A stretch of 64,000 bases of DNA from Noviherbaspirillum sp. (GCF_035654295.1 NZ_DASRXF010000016.1:10663-74662); one strand, 5' to 3'; counted from the stretch's first letter, positions 35,852-44,776 are shown. Made by a program: numbers and translations. Notes: generated by a model from the sequence alone, not told the origin.

Positions 35852-35919
35852 TTATTGCTGTGATGCACGAGGCCCCACACGCCGAGCGCCCTTTCCTGCT
35901 TAACCGACCGGGAACTCCG

Positions 35920-36294
35920 TCATGGCTTGCGCCTGCCCCGCAGGCGAGGCAGTGGAAGCACATCGCGCTCGGCGGCATCGGCGAACGCGAAGCATGCGGC
36001 AAGCATGCGCAGATCGTGGTCGCTTGCGCCCGCCTCGCGAAAGACCTTGCGCCAGTCCGCCACGACAGCCTTCACCTCGCGCACGATGTCAAACGCCTCC
36101 TCCGGGTCGAGGAAGAAGCGGCCGCACTGGCTCAAGGCATTTTCCAGCGTGCCGGCGCAGCCGAATACGCCGACGCCGATCGACTGCGGGGCGTTGGGCG
36201 CCTCCAGATGCGGCAGGATGTCGAATGCGGGCGTCAGGCGAACCTGCCCCGGGGAGATCATGAGCACCCCATGATTGCGCAAGTGGTCGTCCAC
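35920..36294 (-). pseudogene. Orphan C-terminal fragment of a second, different HipA-family kinase
   Basis: Begins at the catalytic-loop motif DDHLRNHG, then TPAFDILP. The roughly 300 N-terminal residues are missing because the porin gene ends at 36318. Confidence 0.7.
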
Positions 36295-36317
36295 GTTGCC
36301 GCGCTCAGACTTCGGCG

Positions 36318-37574
36318 TCAGAACCGATGCCGCACGCCCAGTTGCACCGCTCTCGCATCCTGTCCGCCGCGCGTGGTGAAACCGCCGCTGTAACCCGCGC
36401 CACCCAGTGCGTACTGTGCGTTCGCCTCGTTGTTGGCGATGGCGAAGAACAGGTACACGTCGGTCCGCTTGGACAGGTTATGGTCGTAGCCGAGCGAGAT
36501 CAAGGTCACGTCGCTGTCGGGGAACAGGTCGTTCCTGGTGTGGGCAACCGCGCCCATCAGGCGCCCTGCCCCGATGGTGTAGTGCATGCCGAGCGAGGCG
36601 CTGTCGGCATCCAGCCGTGCGTTCGAGTTGATCGTTGCCACTATGGCGGGCACGAGCGCAGCGCCTGCAGTGCCGAGCGATGCGGCGATCGTCGGCGTCA
36701 GTGCGAAGCCGATGCCGGGGTTGTCGTTCTTCATCGTCATGTAACCGGCAAAGAACTTCATCTTGCCCAGGGTGTACGAGCCCCCCACCACACCAGTGCG
36801 CAGCGAACGGGCGCCGAACGGGTCGTCCTCCCGGTTGTAGCCGATGCCGACGTTGAATCCGTGCGCCTGGTACCGCACGTTCCCGCCGACGAAGCGGTTC
36901 GATACGCCGAGCGAACCGGAACCGCGGTCTTCGGGGCTGTACATCAGCGATGCGCCAAGGCCGTTCGGCAGTTGCAGCCGGTACTGGATCGCATTGCTGG
37001 AACGGATGGCGACGCCCGGCGTATAGAGCGCGCTGGTACCGGTCGTGATACCTCCCCAGCCGCCGACCGTACCGGTTTCAAAGGTATCGGCGATGGCGCC
37101 GATTTCATAGGCAGGCGTGTACTGGCGTCCAAACAGGATGGCGCCGGCCGGCGTGATCAGGCCCACCATTGCCGTACGGTCGAACAAGGCGCCGTTGGCA
37201 TTGACGACGGTGGGGTTCTGTCCCAACGCGGTGGCCAGTGCGACGGATGTCGCCGCCGGCAGGGGCGCACCTTGCAGCAGCGCGAAGTCGGGATTCCTGC
37301 CGAGATATCCATTGCGCAGCTCGCCGGTATCCAGCTCGAACCGCGACTCCAGCGTAAACGTTGCCTTGAAGCCGCTGCCAAGGTCTTCCATTCCCTTGAA
37401 ACCGATTCGCGAGCCGTCCGCAAGGCCGCTGGCGAGGTTGTACTGCGTGCCGTTGCCGAAGCGCGATGCCTGGATGCCGGCATCGGCAATGCCGTAAATG
37501 GATAAGCTGGTTTGTGCAAGCGCCGGCATGACGCCAAGGATGCCTGCCAAGGCAGTGAGAGTCTTGAACTTCAT
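36318..37574 (-). CDS. Outer-membrane porin (general Gram-negative porin family)
   Basis: ATG 37574 is preceded by GGAGG. Signal peptide MKFKTLTALAGILGVMPALAQ, then TSLSIYGIADAG, and a C-terminal ...GVRHRF. Confidence 0.9.
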   Translation of the reverse strand: MKFKTLTALAGILGVMPALAQTSLSIYGIADAGIQASRFGNGTQYNLASGLADGSRIGFKGMEDLGSGFKATFTLESRFELDTGELRNGYLGRNPDFALLQGAPLPAATSVALATALGQNPTVVNANGALFDRTAMVGLITPAGAILFGRQYTPAYEIGAIADTFETGTVGGWGGITTGTSALYTPGVAIRSSNAIQYRLQLPNGLGASLMYSPEDRGSGSLGVSNRFVGGNVRYQAHGFNVGIGYNREDDPFGARSLRTGVVGGSYTLGKMKFFAGYMTMKNDNPGIGFALTPTIAASLGTAGAALVPAIVATINSNARLDADSASLGMHYTIGAGRLMGAVAHTRNDLFPDSDVTLISLGYDHNLSKRTDVYLFFAIANNEANAQYALGGAGYSGGFTTRGGQDARAVQLGVRHRF

Positions 37575-37755
37575 GTTGCCTCCATAGATTGTTTTTCTTC
37601 GCAGGAAGCCGCGCCGTCGCGTACCGCGGCGCTGCCACTTACTGAATATCAGTTCGTCGGCGGGCAAGCTTGGGAGGCGTCAAAGAATGAGAGGACTAAG
37701 GGACTGCCGCGACCTTGTGTGGAAAATTCGCGACGGGTTGGGTCTGCATTGCCAA

Positions 37756-37800
37756 TGCATGAGAGGGCTGGGCGGCAACGCCGTTGCCCGCCCTCATGCA
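37756..37800 (-). terminator. Imperfect GC-rich hairpin downstream of the Bug-family gene
   Basis: TGCATGAGAGGGCTGGGCGGCAAC / GTTGCCCGCCCTCATGCA, 16 nt after the stop codon. No clear U-tract. Confidence 0.4.
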
Positions 37801-37816
37801 TGAATAAACGCCTTGC

Positions 37817-38788
37817 TCAATCGGCACTGATGTTTCTCGCCCGGATGATATCGGGCCAGCGCTTCATTTCCGAATCCAGGTACTTCGCCAATTCTTCTGG
37901 AGAAGACCCGACCGGTTCCGCGCCCAGTTGCGCAAACCGCTTGGCGACGTCCGGATGCTTGATGGCGTTGGTGATTTCCGCATTGAGACGGTCCACGATC
38001 GCACGCGGGGTCTTGGCGGGAACGAACACCGCATACCAGCCGTTGAGCTCATAACCCTTCAGGCCGGCTTCGCTCAGCGTGGGCACGTCGGGCAGAACGC
38101 TCGACCGCTTCGTCGTCGTCACCGCCAGCGCCTTGAGCCGGCCCGAGTCGATGTGCGGCTTGGCCGAGGAGACGGAGTCGAACATGATGTCCACCTGCCG
38201 GCCGAGAAGATCGGTCATCGCCGGCGCGCTGCCCTTGTAGGGGACGTGCAGAATATCGACGCCGGCCATCGCGTTGAACAACTCGGCGCGGAGATGAATC
38301 GTGGTTCCGTTGCCGGCGGAGGCGTAGGTCATCTTTCCAGGCTGGGCCTTGGCGGCTGCGATCAGCTCGGTCACGTTGTTCGCCTTGATCCCCGGACCGG
38401 CCACCAGCACGTTCGGCACGATCGCCACGAGGCTCACAGGCTCGAAGCTCTTCACCGGGTCATACGACAGCTTGGGGTACAACGCGGGATTCACCGCATG
38501 GCCGATGGAGACAATCATCATCGTGTGGCCGTCGGGCTCGGATTTTGCGACCATCGACGAGCCGATCGTGCCTCCGGCACCGGGGCGGTTTTCGATGATG
38601 ACGGGTTGTTTCAGGCTCTGGGAAAGACGCTCGCCTATGGATCGCGCCATGCTGTCCATCGCGCCGCCCGGCGTGAACGGCACTACCCACTTGATCGGAC
38701 GGTTCGGAAAGTTGTCGTTCGCAACGGCGCCGAATGCGGTGCCAAGCAACATGCTGGCGGATAGCAGTTTTGCAAATGCAAGTTTCAT
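37817..38788 (-). CDS. Bug/TctC-family tripartite tricarboxylate transporter substrate-binding protein
   Basis: ATG 38788 is preceded by AGGAG. Signal peptide, then FPNRPIKWVVPFTPGGAMDSMAR, the typical Bug motif. Confidence 0.88.
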   Translation of the reverse strand: MKLAFAKLLSASMLLGTAFGAVANDNFPNRPIKWVVPFTPGGAMDSMARSIGERLSQSLKQPVIIENRPGAGGTIGSSMVAKSEPDGHTMMIVSIGHAVNPALYPKLSYDPVKSFEPVSLVAIVPNVLVAGPGIKANNVTELIAAAKAQPGKMTYASAGNGTTIHLRAELFNAMAGVDILHVPYKGSAPAMTDLLGRQVDIMFDSVSSAKPHIDSGRLKALAVTTTKRSSVLPDVPTLSEAGLKGYELNGWYAVFVPAKTPRAIVDRLNAEITNAIKHPDVAKRFAQLGAEPVGSSPEELAKYLDSEMKRWPDIIRARNISAD

Positions 38789-38816
38789 GTCATCTCCTGT
38801 TGGCAAATGGACCGCT

Positions 38817-39095
38817 TCAAGCGATCGCGGATGGGTGCTTGGCGAGCGGGGTCACCTTGATTTTCATGAACGGGAACAAGGGCAGGCCGGAAAGGAGCGC
38901 ATGCAGTTCGTCATTCGATTCGACATCAAACACGCTGTAGTTCGCATACTCTCCAACCACCCTGTAGAGGTGGACCCATTTGCCGATGCGCTGCAGTTCC
39001 TGCGCGTAGGCCTTTTCGTGTGCCTTGATATCGTCAGCGACTTTGGGCGCGATGTCGCGCGGAATGTCTACATCCATGCGGACCAGAAACAACAT
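38817..39095 (-). CDS. catC: Muconolactone delta-isomerase
   Basis: 92 aa. MLFLVRMDV...VGEYANYSVFDVESNDELHALL..LPLFPFM is the typical CatC sequence. Confidence 0.9.
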   Translation of the reverse strand: MLFLVRMDVDIPRDIAPKVADDIKAHEKAYAQELQRIGKWVHLYRVVGEYANYSVFDVESNDELHALLSGLPLFPFMKIKVTPLAKHPSAIA

Positions 39096-39105
39096 GGCGA
39101 TCTCC

Positions 39106-40242
39106 TTAATGTTTTCTGCTGTAATGGGAAAGCTTGTCTTCGTCGAGCGCGACACCGAGACCCGGCGCCTGCGGCAGGGCGAGCGCGTAATTCACGATGC
39201 CGGGACGTTCCACCACGATGTCGTCCTTGAGCAGCAAGGGGCCGAACAGTTCGGTGCCCCATTCGAGCGTTGCGCAGGCGGCAAAGGCATGCGCCGATGC
39301 GATGCTGCCGATGCTGCCCTCGAGCAGCGTGCCGCCGTAGCAGCCGATGCCGGCGGCGTCGGCCACCGCCGCGCAACGCAGCACGCCGAGCAGGCCGCCC
39401 GATTTGCCGATCTTGAGTGCGACGATGTCGGCAGCCTCATGACACGCGTAATCGAACATGTCGTGCGCGGAATGGACAGCTTCGTCAGCCATCATCGGCA
39501 CGTCGAAGCGCTGTGCAAGACGCGCCAGCCCGCGGCGGTTTTCACGCGCGATGGGCTGCTCGACCAGCATCACGCCGGCAGCCTCCAGTTCAGGAATGAA
39601 GCGGCAGGCGATGGCCTCGCTCCAGGCCTGGTTGAGGTCCACCGTAAGCTCCGCTCGTTCGCCCAGCGCGGCCTTGATGGCAGCGACGTGCTTCACATCG
39701 TCCCGGGGATCGCGCTTGCCGATCTTCAGCTTGAACACCTTGTGCCGGCGCAGCTCAAGCAATTCCTCGGCTTCGGCGATGTCGCGCCGGCTGTCGCCGC
39801 TGGCCAGCGTCCACAGCACGGGAAGCGACTCGCGCACCGCGCCGCCGAGAAGCTGGTGCACCGGGACGCCGAGCCGCTTTCCCTGCGCGTCGAGCAGTGC
39901 GGTTTCGAGGGCGGACTTGGCAAGGGCATTGCCCTGCACGGATCGCGCCACGCGCGCCATGACGGCGTTGACGCTGCGCGCGTCCTCGCCGACGACCAGC
40001 GGGGTCACGTAGCGGTCGAGCGTGAGCTTGATCGACTCGGGGCTTTGGTCGCCATAGGCGAGTCCGCCGATGGTCGTCGCTTCGCCGATGCCTTCGATGC
40101 CGTCGGCGCATCTCAGTCGGAGGATGACGAGCGTCTGGGTGCGCATGGTGGTCATTGCCAGCCGATGCTCGCGTATGGTCGGAAGGTCGACGATCACGGC
40201 TTCGAGCGATGTGACGGGAACAGGTTTGATGTTAGAGTCCAT
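39106..40242 (-). CDS. catB: Muconate cycloisomerase (MR/MLE superfamily)
   Basis: 378 aa, adjacent to catC and divergent from a LysR regulator. Enolase-superfamily pattern FKLKIGKRDP..D. Confidence 0.88.
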   Translation of the reverse strand: MDSNIKPVPVTSLEAVIVDLPTIREHRLAMTTMRTQTLVILRLRCADGIEGIGEATTIGGLAYGDQSPESIKLTLDRYVTPLVVGEDARSVNAVMARVARSVQGNALAKSALETALLDAQGKRLGVPVHQLLGGAVRESLPVLWTLASGDSRRDIAEAEELLELRRHKVFKLKIGKRDPRDDVKHVAAIKAALGERAELTVDLNQAWSEAIACRFIPELEAAGVMLVEQPIARENRRGLARLAQRFDVPMMADEAVHSAHDMFDYACHEAADIVALKIGKSGGLLGVLRCAAVADAAGIGCYGGTLLEGSIGSIASAHAFAACATLEWGTELFGPLLLKDDIVVERPGIVNYALALPQAPGLGVALDEDKLSHYSRKH

Positions 40243-40303
40243 GTGTTCAGAGAGTGCTGGCTGGATAAGGCTGTCAAGAGGATGGTAGGTGCAGCCTCTT
40301 CAT

Positions 40304-40320
40304 GCGTCCAATATCATTTC
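40304..40320. promoter_or_regulatory. 17-nt motif GCGTCCAATATCATTTC in the catB-catR divergent region
   Basis: An identical 17-mer recurs at 44643-44659 upstream of catA. It lies 62 nt from the catB start and 29 nt from the catR start. Confidence 0.5.
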
Positions 40321-40348
40321 CATCCTGCGCCATACTCAGGAGGTATCG

Positions 40349-41275
40349 ATGGAACTGCGGCAATTGCGTTATTTCGAAGTGCTCGGGCGCACGCTCAACT
40401 TCACCCGCGCGGCCGAGCAGTTGCATATCGCCCAGCCCCCGCTGTCGCGCCAGATCCGGCAGCTGGAGGAAGAGCTCGGTGCGGAACTGATCGACCGTAA
40501 TGCGCGGCCGCTGGCGCTGACAAAGGCCGGGGTGTTCTTCCTGGAGCAGTGCACGCAGATGCTGGGCCGGCTCGACGAGGTACGCGCGGCGACGCGCCGC
40601 ATCAGTGCAGGCCAGCGGCGGTGGTTCGGGATCGGCTTCGTGCCGTCGGCGCTCTACGGCTTCCTTCCGGGCCTGATCCGGAGCTTCAGGGAAAACAGCG
40701 AGGGCGTCGAAGTCGTCCTCTCGGAGATGACATCCATCCAGCAGGCGGAAGCCTTGAAGGCCGGCCGCATCGACGCCGGCTTCGGCCGCCTGCCGCTGGA
40801 CGATCCTCAGCTTGTATGCGAAGTGCTCGCGCAGGAACCGCTGGCGGTCGCGCTGCCGTGCCGGCATCCGCTGACCAAGGAGCCGCACATCTCCCTGGCG
40901 ATGCTCGCCTCCGAGCCGTTCATCCTCTACCCTGCCCGCCCGCGGCCGAGCTATGCGGACCAGGTGCTGCAGCAGTTCCGCGTGCGCGGCCTGAATTTGA
41001 AAAATGTGATCGACGCCAACGAAATGCAGACCGCGATCGGCCTTGTTGCCGCAGGACTGGGCGTGACCCTGGTGCCGGGATCGGTGCAGCGCTTGCGGCG
41101 TGACGACATCGTGTATCACGCGCTGCATGAAAAGGACGTGGCCTCACCGGTCATCATGAACACGCGCGCGGGCGATGCGAATCCGGATTTGCAACGGTTT
41201 ATCGAGGCCGCGCGGGTACATGCTGCGCCCGATTCCGCCTCTCCGGTTCCCTCCCCTTTGCAGGGGGAGGGTTAG
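40349..41275 (+). CDS. catR: LysR-family regulator (CatR/BenM-like)
   Basis: ATG 40349. HTH MELRQLRYFEVLGRTLNFTRAAEQLHIAQPPLSRQIRQLEEELG is present. Divergent from catBC. Confidence 0.85.
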   Translation: MELRQLRYFEVLGRTLNFTRAAEQLHIAQPPLSRQIRQLEEELGAELIDRNARPLALTKAGVFFLEQCTQMLGRLDEVRAATRRISAGQRRWFGIGFVPSALYGFLPGLIRSFRENSEGVEVVLSEMTSIQQAEALKAGRIDAGFGRLPLDDPQLVCEVLAQEPLAVALPCRHPLTKEPHISLAMLASEPFILYPARPRPSYADQVLQQFRVRGLNLKNVIDANEMQTAIGLVAAGLGVTLVPGSVQRLRRDDIVYHALHEKDVASPVIMNTRAGDANPDLQRFIEAARVHAAPDSASPVPSPLQGEG

Positions 41276-41359
41276 GGTGGAGGTAGTGCGGTTGAGCCGT
41301 CGCAGAGGTGTAATCAGCGTCACTACCCCATCCCAGCCTTCCCCCTGCAAGGGGGAAGG
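41249..41359. repeat. REPIN-like inverted pair of about 40-bp GC-rich units
   Basis: Unit 1 spans 41249-41288 (hairpin CCCTCCCC/GGGGAGGG). Unit 2 is inverted at 41321-41359 (hairpin CCTTCCCCC/GGGGGAAGG). The units are about 80% identical as reverse complements. Confidence 0.75.
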
Positions 41360-41399
41360 AGCCGTTCAGCGCTCCGTCGCCGGGAGGACAGGTTTACTG

Positions 41400-42179
41400 C
41401 TAGGCCTTCAGGAAAGCTAGCAACGCATCTGTGAAGCGGACGGGCTGCTGCAGGTTGGCGATGTGCGCCGTATTCAGCTCCACGTACTGGGCGTCGCGGA
41501 TCGCCTTCACAAGATACAAGGCATCCGACGGCGGCGTAGGCAGATCACCGTTGCCGGCGATGACCAGCGTCGGTGCGGCGATGTTTCTTACTTCCTCGCG
41601 CAGGTCAGCATCCCGCACCGCATGGCAGTTGGCGGCGTAGCCTTCAGGATCGGTGGCGACCAGCATGCGGCGCAGCTGCGCCACCAGCTCGCCGTGCGCC
41701 TGCGCGAAATCCGGCGTCAGCCACCGCGCGACGACTGCATCGGCGATCGACTCCATGCCCTCGGCGCGAACCTTCTCCACACGCGCGGTCCAGTTGTCGG
41801 GCGGGCCGATGAAGGCGGCGGTATTGCTGAGCACGAGGCTGTCTATGCGCTCGGGAAAATCGAGCGCGAGCCGCATGCCTGTGATTCCGCCCATCGACAA
41901 TCCGCAGAAATGCGCCTTCGCAATGCCGAGGTAATCCAGCAGGTCAACGACATCGGCAGCAAGGCGGGCCATGGTATAGGGGCCGGGCGGCACGCCGGAT
42001 TGACCGTGGCCCCGGGTGTCATACCGCAGGACACGGAAGTGCTCGCTCAATCCCGCGATCTGCGGCGCCCACATTTCCAGGTTGGTGCCAAGCGAGTTTG
42101 ACAGGACAAGCACGGGTTTGCCCGGATCGCCGTCAATACGGTAATGGATGCGGGTACTACCCAATTCGGCAACAGGCAT
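41400..42179 (-). CDS. pcaD: 3-oxoadipate enol-lactonase (alpha/beta hydrolase)
   Basis: 259 aa. IHYRIDGDPGKPVLVLSNSLGT..MW and the nucleophile elbow GLSMGG are present. Context is the cat/pca genes. Confidence 0.85.
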   Translation of the reverse strand: MPVAELGSTRIHYRIDGDPGKPVLVLSNSLGTNLEMWAPQIAGLSEHFRVLRYDTRGHGQSGVPPGPYTMARLAADVVDLLDYLGIAKAHFCGLSMGGITGMRLALDFPERIDSLVLSNTAAFIGPPDNWTARVEKVRAEGMESIADAVVARWLTPDFAQAHGELVAQLRRMLVATDPEGYAANCHAVRDADLREEVRNIAAPTLVIAGNGDLPTPPSDALYLVKAIRDAQYVELNTAHIANLQQPVRFTDALLAFLKA

Positions 42180-42190
42180 TGCTTCCTCGA

Positions 42191-42307
42191 TTAAACACGT
42201 TCAATGGCAACGGCGATCCCCTGCCCCACCCCGAGGCACATCGTCCACAGGGCAAACCATCCGCGCGTGCGCTGCAGCTGATAGGTGGCCGTCGTGACAG
42301 GCGGCAT
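42191..42307 (-). pseudogene. 38-codon relic of a 3-oxoadipyl-CoA thiolase gene (pcaF)
   Basis: Minus-strand translation gives MPPVTTATYQLQRTRGWFALWTMCLGVGQGIAVAIERV*. Over its last 35 residues, 24 match the C-terminus of the intact thiolase at 45984..47189 ([37 protein letters not shown]). Confidence 0.8.
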
Positions 42308-42967
42308 TCATCGTCCGGAACCACCCTCTGTCCGGGTGTCGATGAGCGGCACGCCGGTCAGCTCCTGCAGTTCCTCAAAGCCGATGTCCGAATAGATTTC
42401 CCGGACGTGCAGGCCATCCTTGCCGACTTCCAGCATGGCGAGGTCGGTATAGATACGGCTGACGCAGTTCATGCCGGTCAAGGGATAGCTGCATTGCGCC
42501 ACGATCTTGCTCTCGCCCTGCTTGGTCAGGTGTTCCATCATCACGAATACCTTCTTTGCACCGATGGCGAGGTCCATCGCTCCGCCGACGGCGGGAATGG
42601 CGCCGGGCGCACCGGTATGCCAGTTCGCCAGGTCGCCGCGAGCGGAGACCTGGAACGCGCCGAGCACGCAGTAGTCGAGATGACCGCCGCGCATCATTCC
42701 GAACGAGTCGGCATGATGGAAATACGCGCCTCCCGCCAGCAGCGTCACGAACTGTTTGCCGGCATTGATGAGATCGCCGTCCTCCTCACCGGGCGCAGGC
42801 GCCGGGCCCATCCCCAGCACGCCGTTCTCGCTGTGCAGGATAATCTCGCGGTCGCCGATGTGATTGGCAACCAGTGTCGGCACGCCGATCCCGAGGTTCA
42901 CATAGGCCCCCTCGGGAATATCGCGCGCCACGCGCTGCGCCATTTCGTCTCGCGTCAAGCGTTTCAT
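42308..42967 (-). CDS. pcaJ: 3-oxoadipate CoA-transferase subunit B
   Basis: ATG 42967 (ATGA overlap with pcaI). Catalytic-Glu motif ILHSENGVLG is present. Confidence 0.9.
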   Translation of the reverse strand: MKRLTRDEMAQRVARDIPEGAYVNLGIGVPTLVANHIGDREIILHSENGVLGMGPAPAPGEEDGDLINAGKQFVTLLAGGAYFHHADSFGMMRGGHLDYCVLGAFQVSARGDLANWHTGAPGAIPAVGGAMDLAIGAKKVFVMMEHLTKQGESKIVAQCSYPLTGMNCVSRIYTDLAMLEVGKDGLHVREIYSDIGFEELQELTGVPLIDTRTEGGSGR

Positions 42968-43641
42968 TCTTGCTCCTTGTCCGTCACGCGCACCACGCGC
43001 TGCACGAAGATGCCCGGGGTCACGACTGCCTCCGGATCGAGCTCGCCCAGCGGCACCACCTGATCGACCTGGACGATGGTGGTTTTCGCCGCGCTCGCCA
43101 TGATCGGGCCGAAGTTGCGCGCCGTCTTGCGATACACGAGATTGCCCCAGCGATCGGCGGCAAGCGCCTTGATCAGGGCGAAGTCGGCATGCAGCGGCAA
43201 TTCGAAGACATAGTGGCGGCCGTTGATCTCCCGGCATTCCTTGCCCTTGGCCAGCAGGGTGCCGTAGCCGGTCGGCGTGTAGAAACCACCGATGCCGGCG
43301 CCCGCAGCGCGGATACGCTCCGCCAGGTTGCCCTGCGGGACGAGTTCGAGCTCGATTTCGCCGCGGCGGAACAGCTCGTCGAACACATGCGAGTCGGTCT
43401 GGCGCGGGAAGGAACAGACGATCTTGCGCACGCGCTTCGCCTTGAGCAGCGCGGCCAGTCCGGTATCGCCATTACCCGCATTGTTGTTGATGATGGTGAG
43501 TTCCCGCGCGCCCTGTTCGATGAGCGCGTCGATGAGCTGCGACGGCATGCCAGCCGTACCGAAACCACCGATCATGACCGTCGCGCCGTCGGGGATATCG
43601 GCGACGGCGGCGGAGAGGGATGGAAGGATTTTATCGATCAT
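42964..43641 (-). CDS. pcaI: 3-oxoadipate CoA-transferase subunit A
   Basis: 225 aa. MIDKI.S...AV.DI.DGATVMIGGFG..G.P is the typical subunit A pattern. Confidence 0.9.
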   Translation of the reverse strand: MIDKILPSLSAAVADIPDGATVMIGGFGTAGMPSQLIDALIEQGARELTIINNNAGNGDTGLAALLKAKRVRKIVCSFPRQTDSHVFDELFRRGEIELELVPQGNLAERIRAAGAGIGGFYTPTGYGTLLAKGKECREINGRHYVFELPLHADFALIKALAADRWGNLVYRKTARNFGPIMASAAKTTIVQVDQVVPLGELDPEAVVTPGIFVQRVVRVTDKEQE

Positions 43642-43659
43642 GGATGTCCAATCCTGCGA

Positions 43660-44589
43660 TTAGGCAGCGCTCGGCGCAACAGCCCGTTCGTAACGTCCCA
43701 GGTGCAGGGCGTCCTGCTCGCCGGCGGCGGGCTGCAGCTTGAAATCGAAGCGGATGCGGGTGAAGGCGAAGTCGATGCCGAGCGATTCGTATCCACCCTG
43801 TGCCGGTACCTCTTCGAGCGTCACGACGAGGCCGTCGCGGGTGGCGAAGGCAAAGTCGTCGTCGATATAGGTATCGCCGGGAATATTGACCTGCGTGGTG
43901 AGGGCGCGCTTGCCGCCGGCCGACACCAGGAAGTGGATATGTGCAGGCCGGTTGCCGTGGCGGCCCAGCAGGTCGAACAGTTCCGAGGTCGGGCTGTCCG
44001 GCGGGATCGCATAACCCGGCGGGAGCACGCTGCGGAAGCGGTAACGGCCCTGCGCGTCGGTGACGATACGGCGGCGCAGGTTGTAGGGTTCCTGGCTGGG
44101 ATCGAAATGCGAGTAGGCGCCCTTCTCGTTCGCGTGCCACACATCGACGACGGCGCCCGGCAACGGATTGCCTTCGATGTCGCGCACCGTGCCTTCCATG
44201 ACATAGACGCTGCCCGGCATTTTCCCGTTGTCCAGGCGTGCCTCGTACTCGGACTGCGGCGCCCCCGGCACATACAGCGGGCCTTCGATGGCGCGCGGCG
44301 TTCCGGCGGCAAGCCCTGCGCGCGCATCCGCTTCATCTTCGAGAATGTCGAGCAGGCGGTCGAAGCCCAGGCCTGCGGTGATCAGGCCGATCTGTCCGCT
44401 CGCGCCGAGACGGGACAGCCACTGCATTGCCGCCCAGAACTCCACGGGCTTGACCTCGAATTCCTCGATCGTCTTGAACAGGTCGGCGACAACGCGCTTC
44501 GTAATGGTCCGTACCCGTTCGTTGCCGTCCTTGGCCCTTGCCTCGGTGACCCGGCGCAGCAATTCGCTTCGATCGAACTCATTCTTCAT
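43660..44589 (-). CDS. catA: Catechol 1,2-dioxygenase (intradiol family)
   Basis: 309 aa. Intradiol motifs IEGPLYV, YRFRSV.P..Y and GRHGNRPAHIHF are present. Hydroxyquinol dioxygenase is not excluded. Confidence 0.85.
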   Translation of the reverse strand: MKNEFDRSELLRRVTEARAKDGNERVRTITKRVVADLFKTIEEFEVKPVEFWAAMQWLSRLGASGQIGLITAGLGFDRLLDILEDEADARAGLAAGTPRAIEGPLYVPGAPQSEYEARLDNGKMPGSVYVMEGTVRDIEGNPLPGAVVDVWHANEKGAYSHFDPSQEPYNLRRRIVTDAQGRYRFRSVLPPGYAIPPDSPTSELFDLLGRHGNRPAHIHFLVSAGGKRALTTQVNIPGDTYIDDDFAFATRDGLVVTLEEVPAQGGYESLGIDFAFTRIRFDFKLQPAAGEQDALHLGRYERAVAPSAA

Positions 44590-44642
44590 CGCAGACTCCT
44601 TTCATTCCAGTGATGGAATCATGGTATGTGCCGTCGCGATGA

Positions 44643-44659
44643 GCGTCCAATATCATTTC
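44643..44659. promoter_or_regulatory. Second copy of GCGTCCAATATCATTTC, upstream of catA
   Basis: Identical to 40304-40320 in the same orientation relative to the downstream minus-strand gene. Lies 54 nt from the catA start. Confidence 0.5.
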
Positions 44660-44776
44660 GGTCCGCGGCGATATCTTTAAGGTATAACGCCGAGCATCCT
44701 TACGCTGCGGCTTGCCATACCTTTCGGCTCACCTGCCAAACGTGTTCCTGCATGTCCAAATGATCGGGCGCAGCCG

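Noticed and set aside
35479-35880. N-terminal extension of hipA to 587 aa
   Set aside because: The extension overlaps all of hipB and the operator region. The HipA homology starts near GTG 35478, which overlaps the hipB stop codon in a typical TA coupling.
42874-44613. 579-aa plus-strand ORF spanning pcaJ, pcaI and catA
   Set aside because: It crosses three well-supported minus-strand genes and their intergenic gaps. This is an antisense artefact of GC-rich codon bias.
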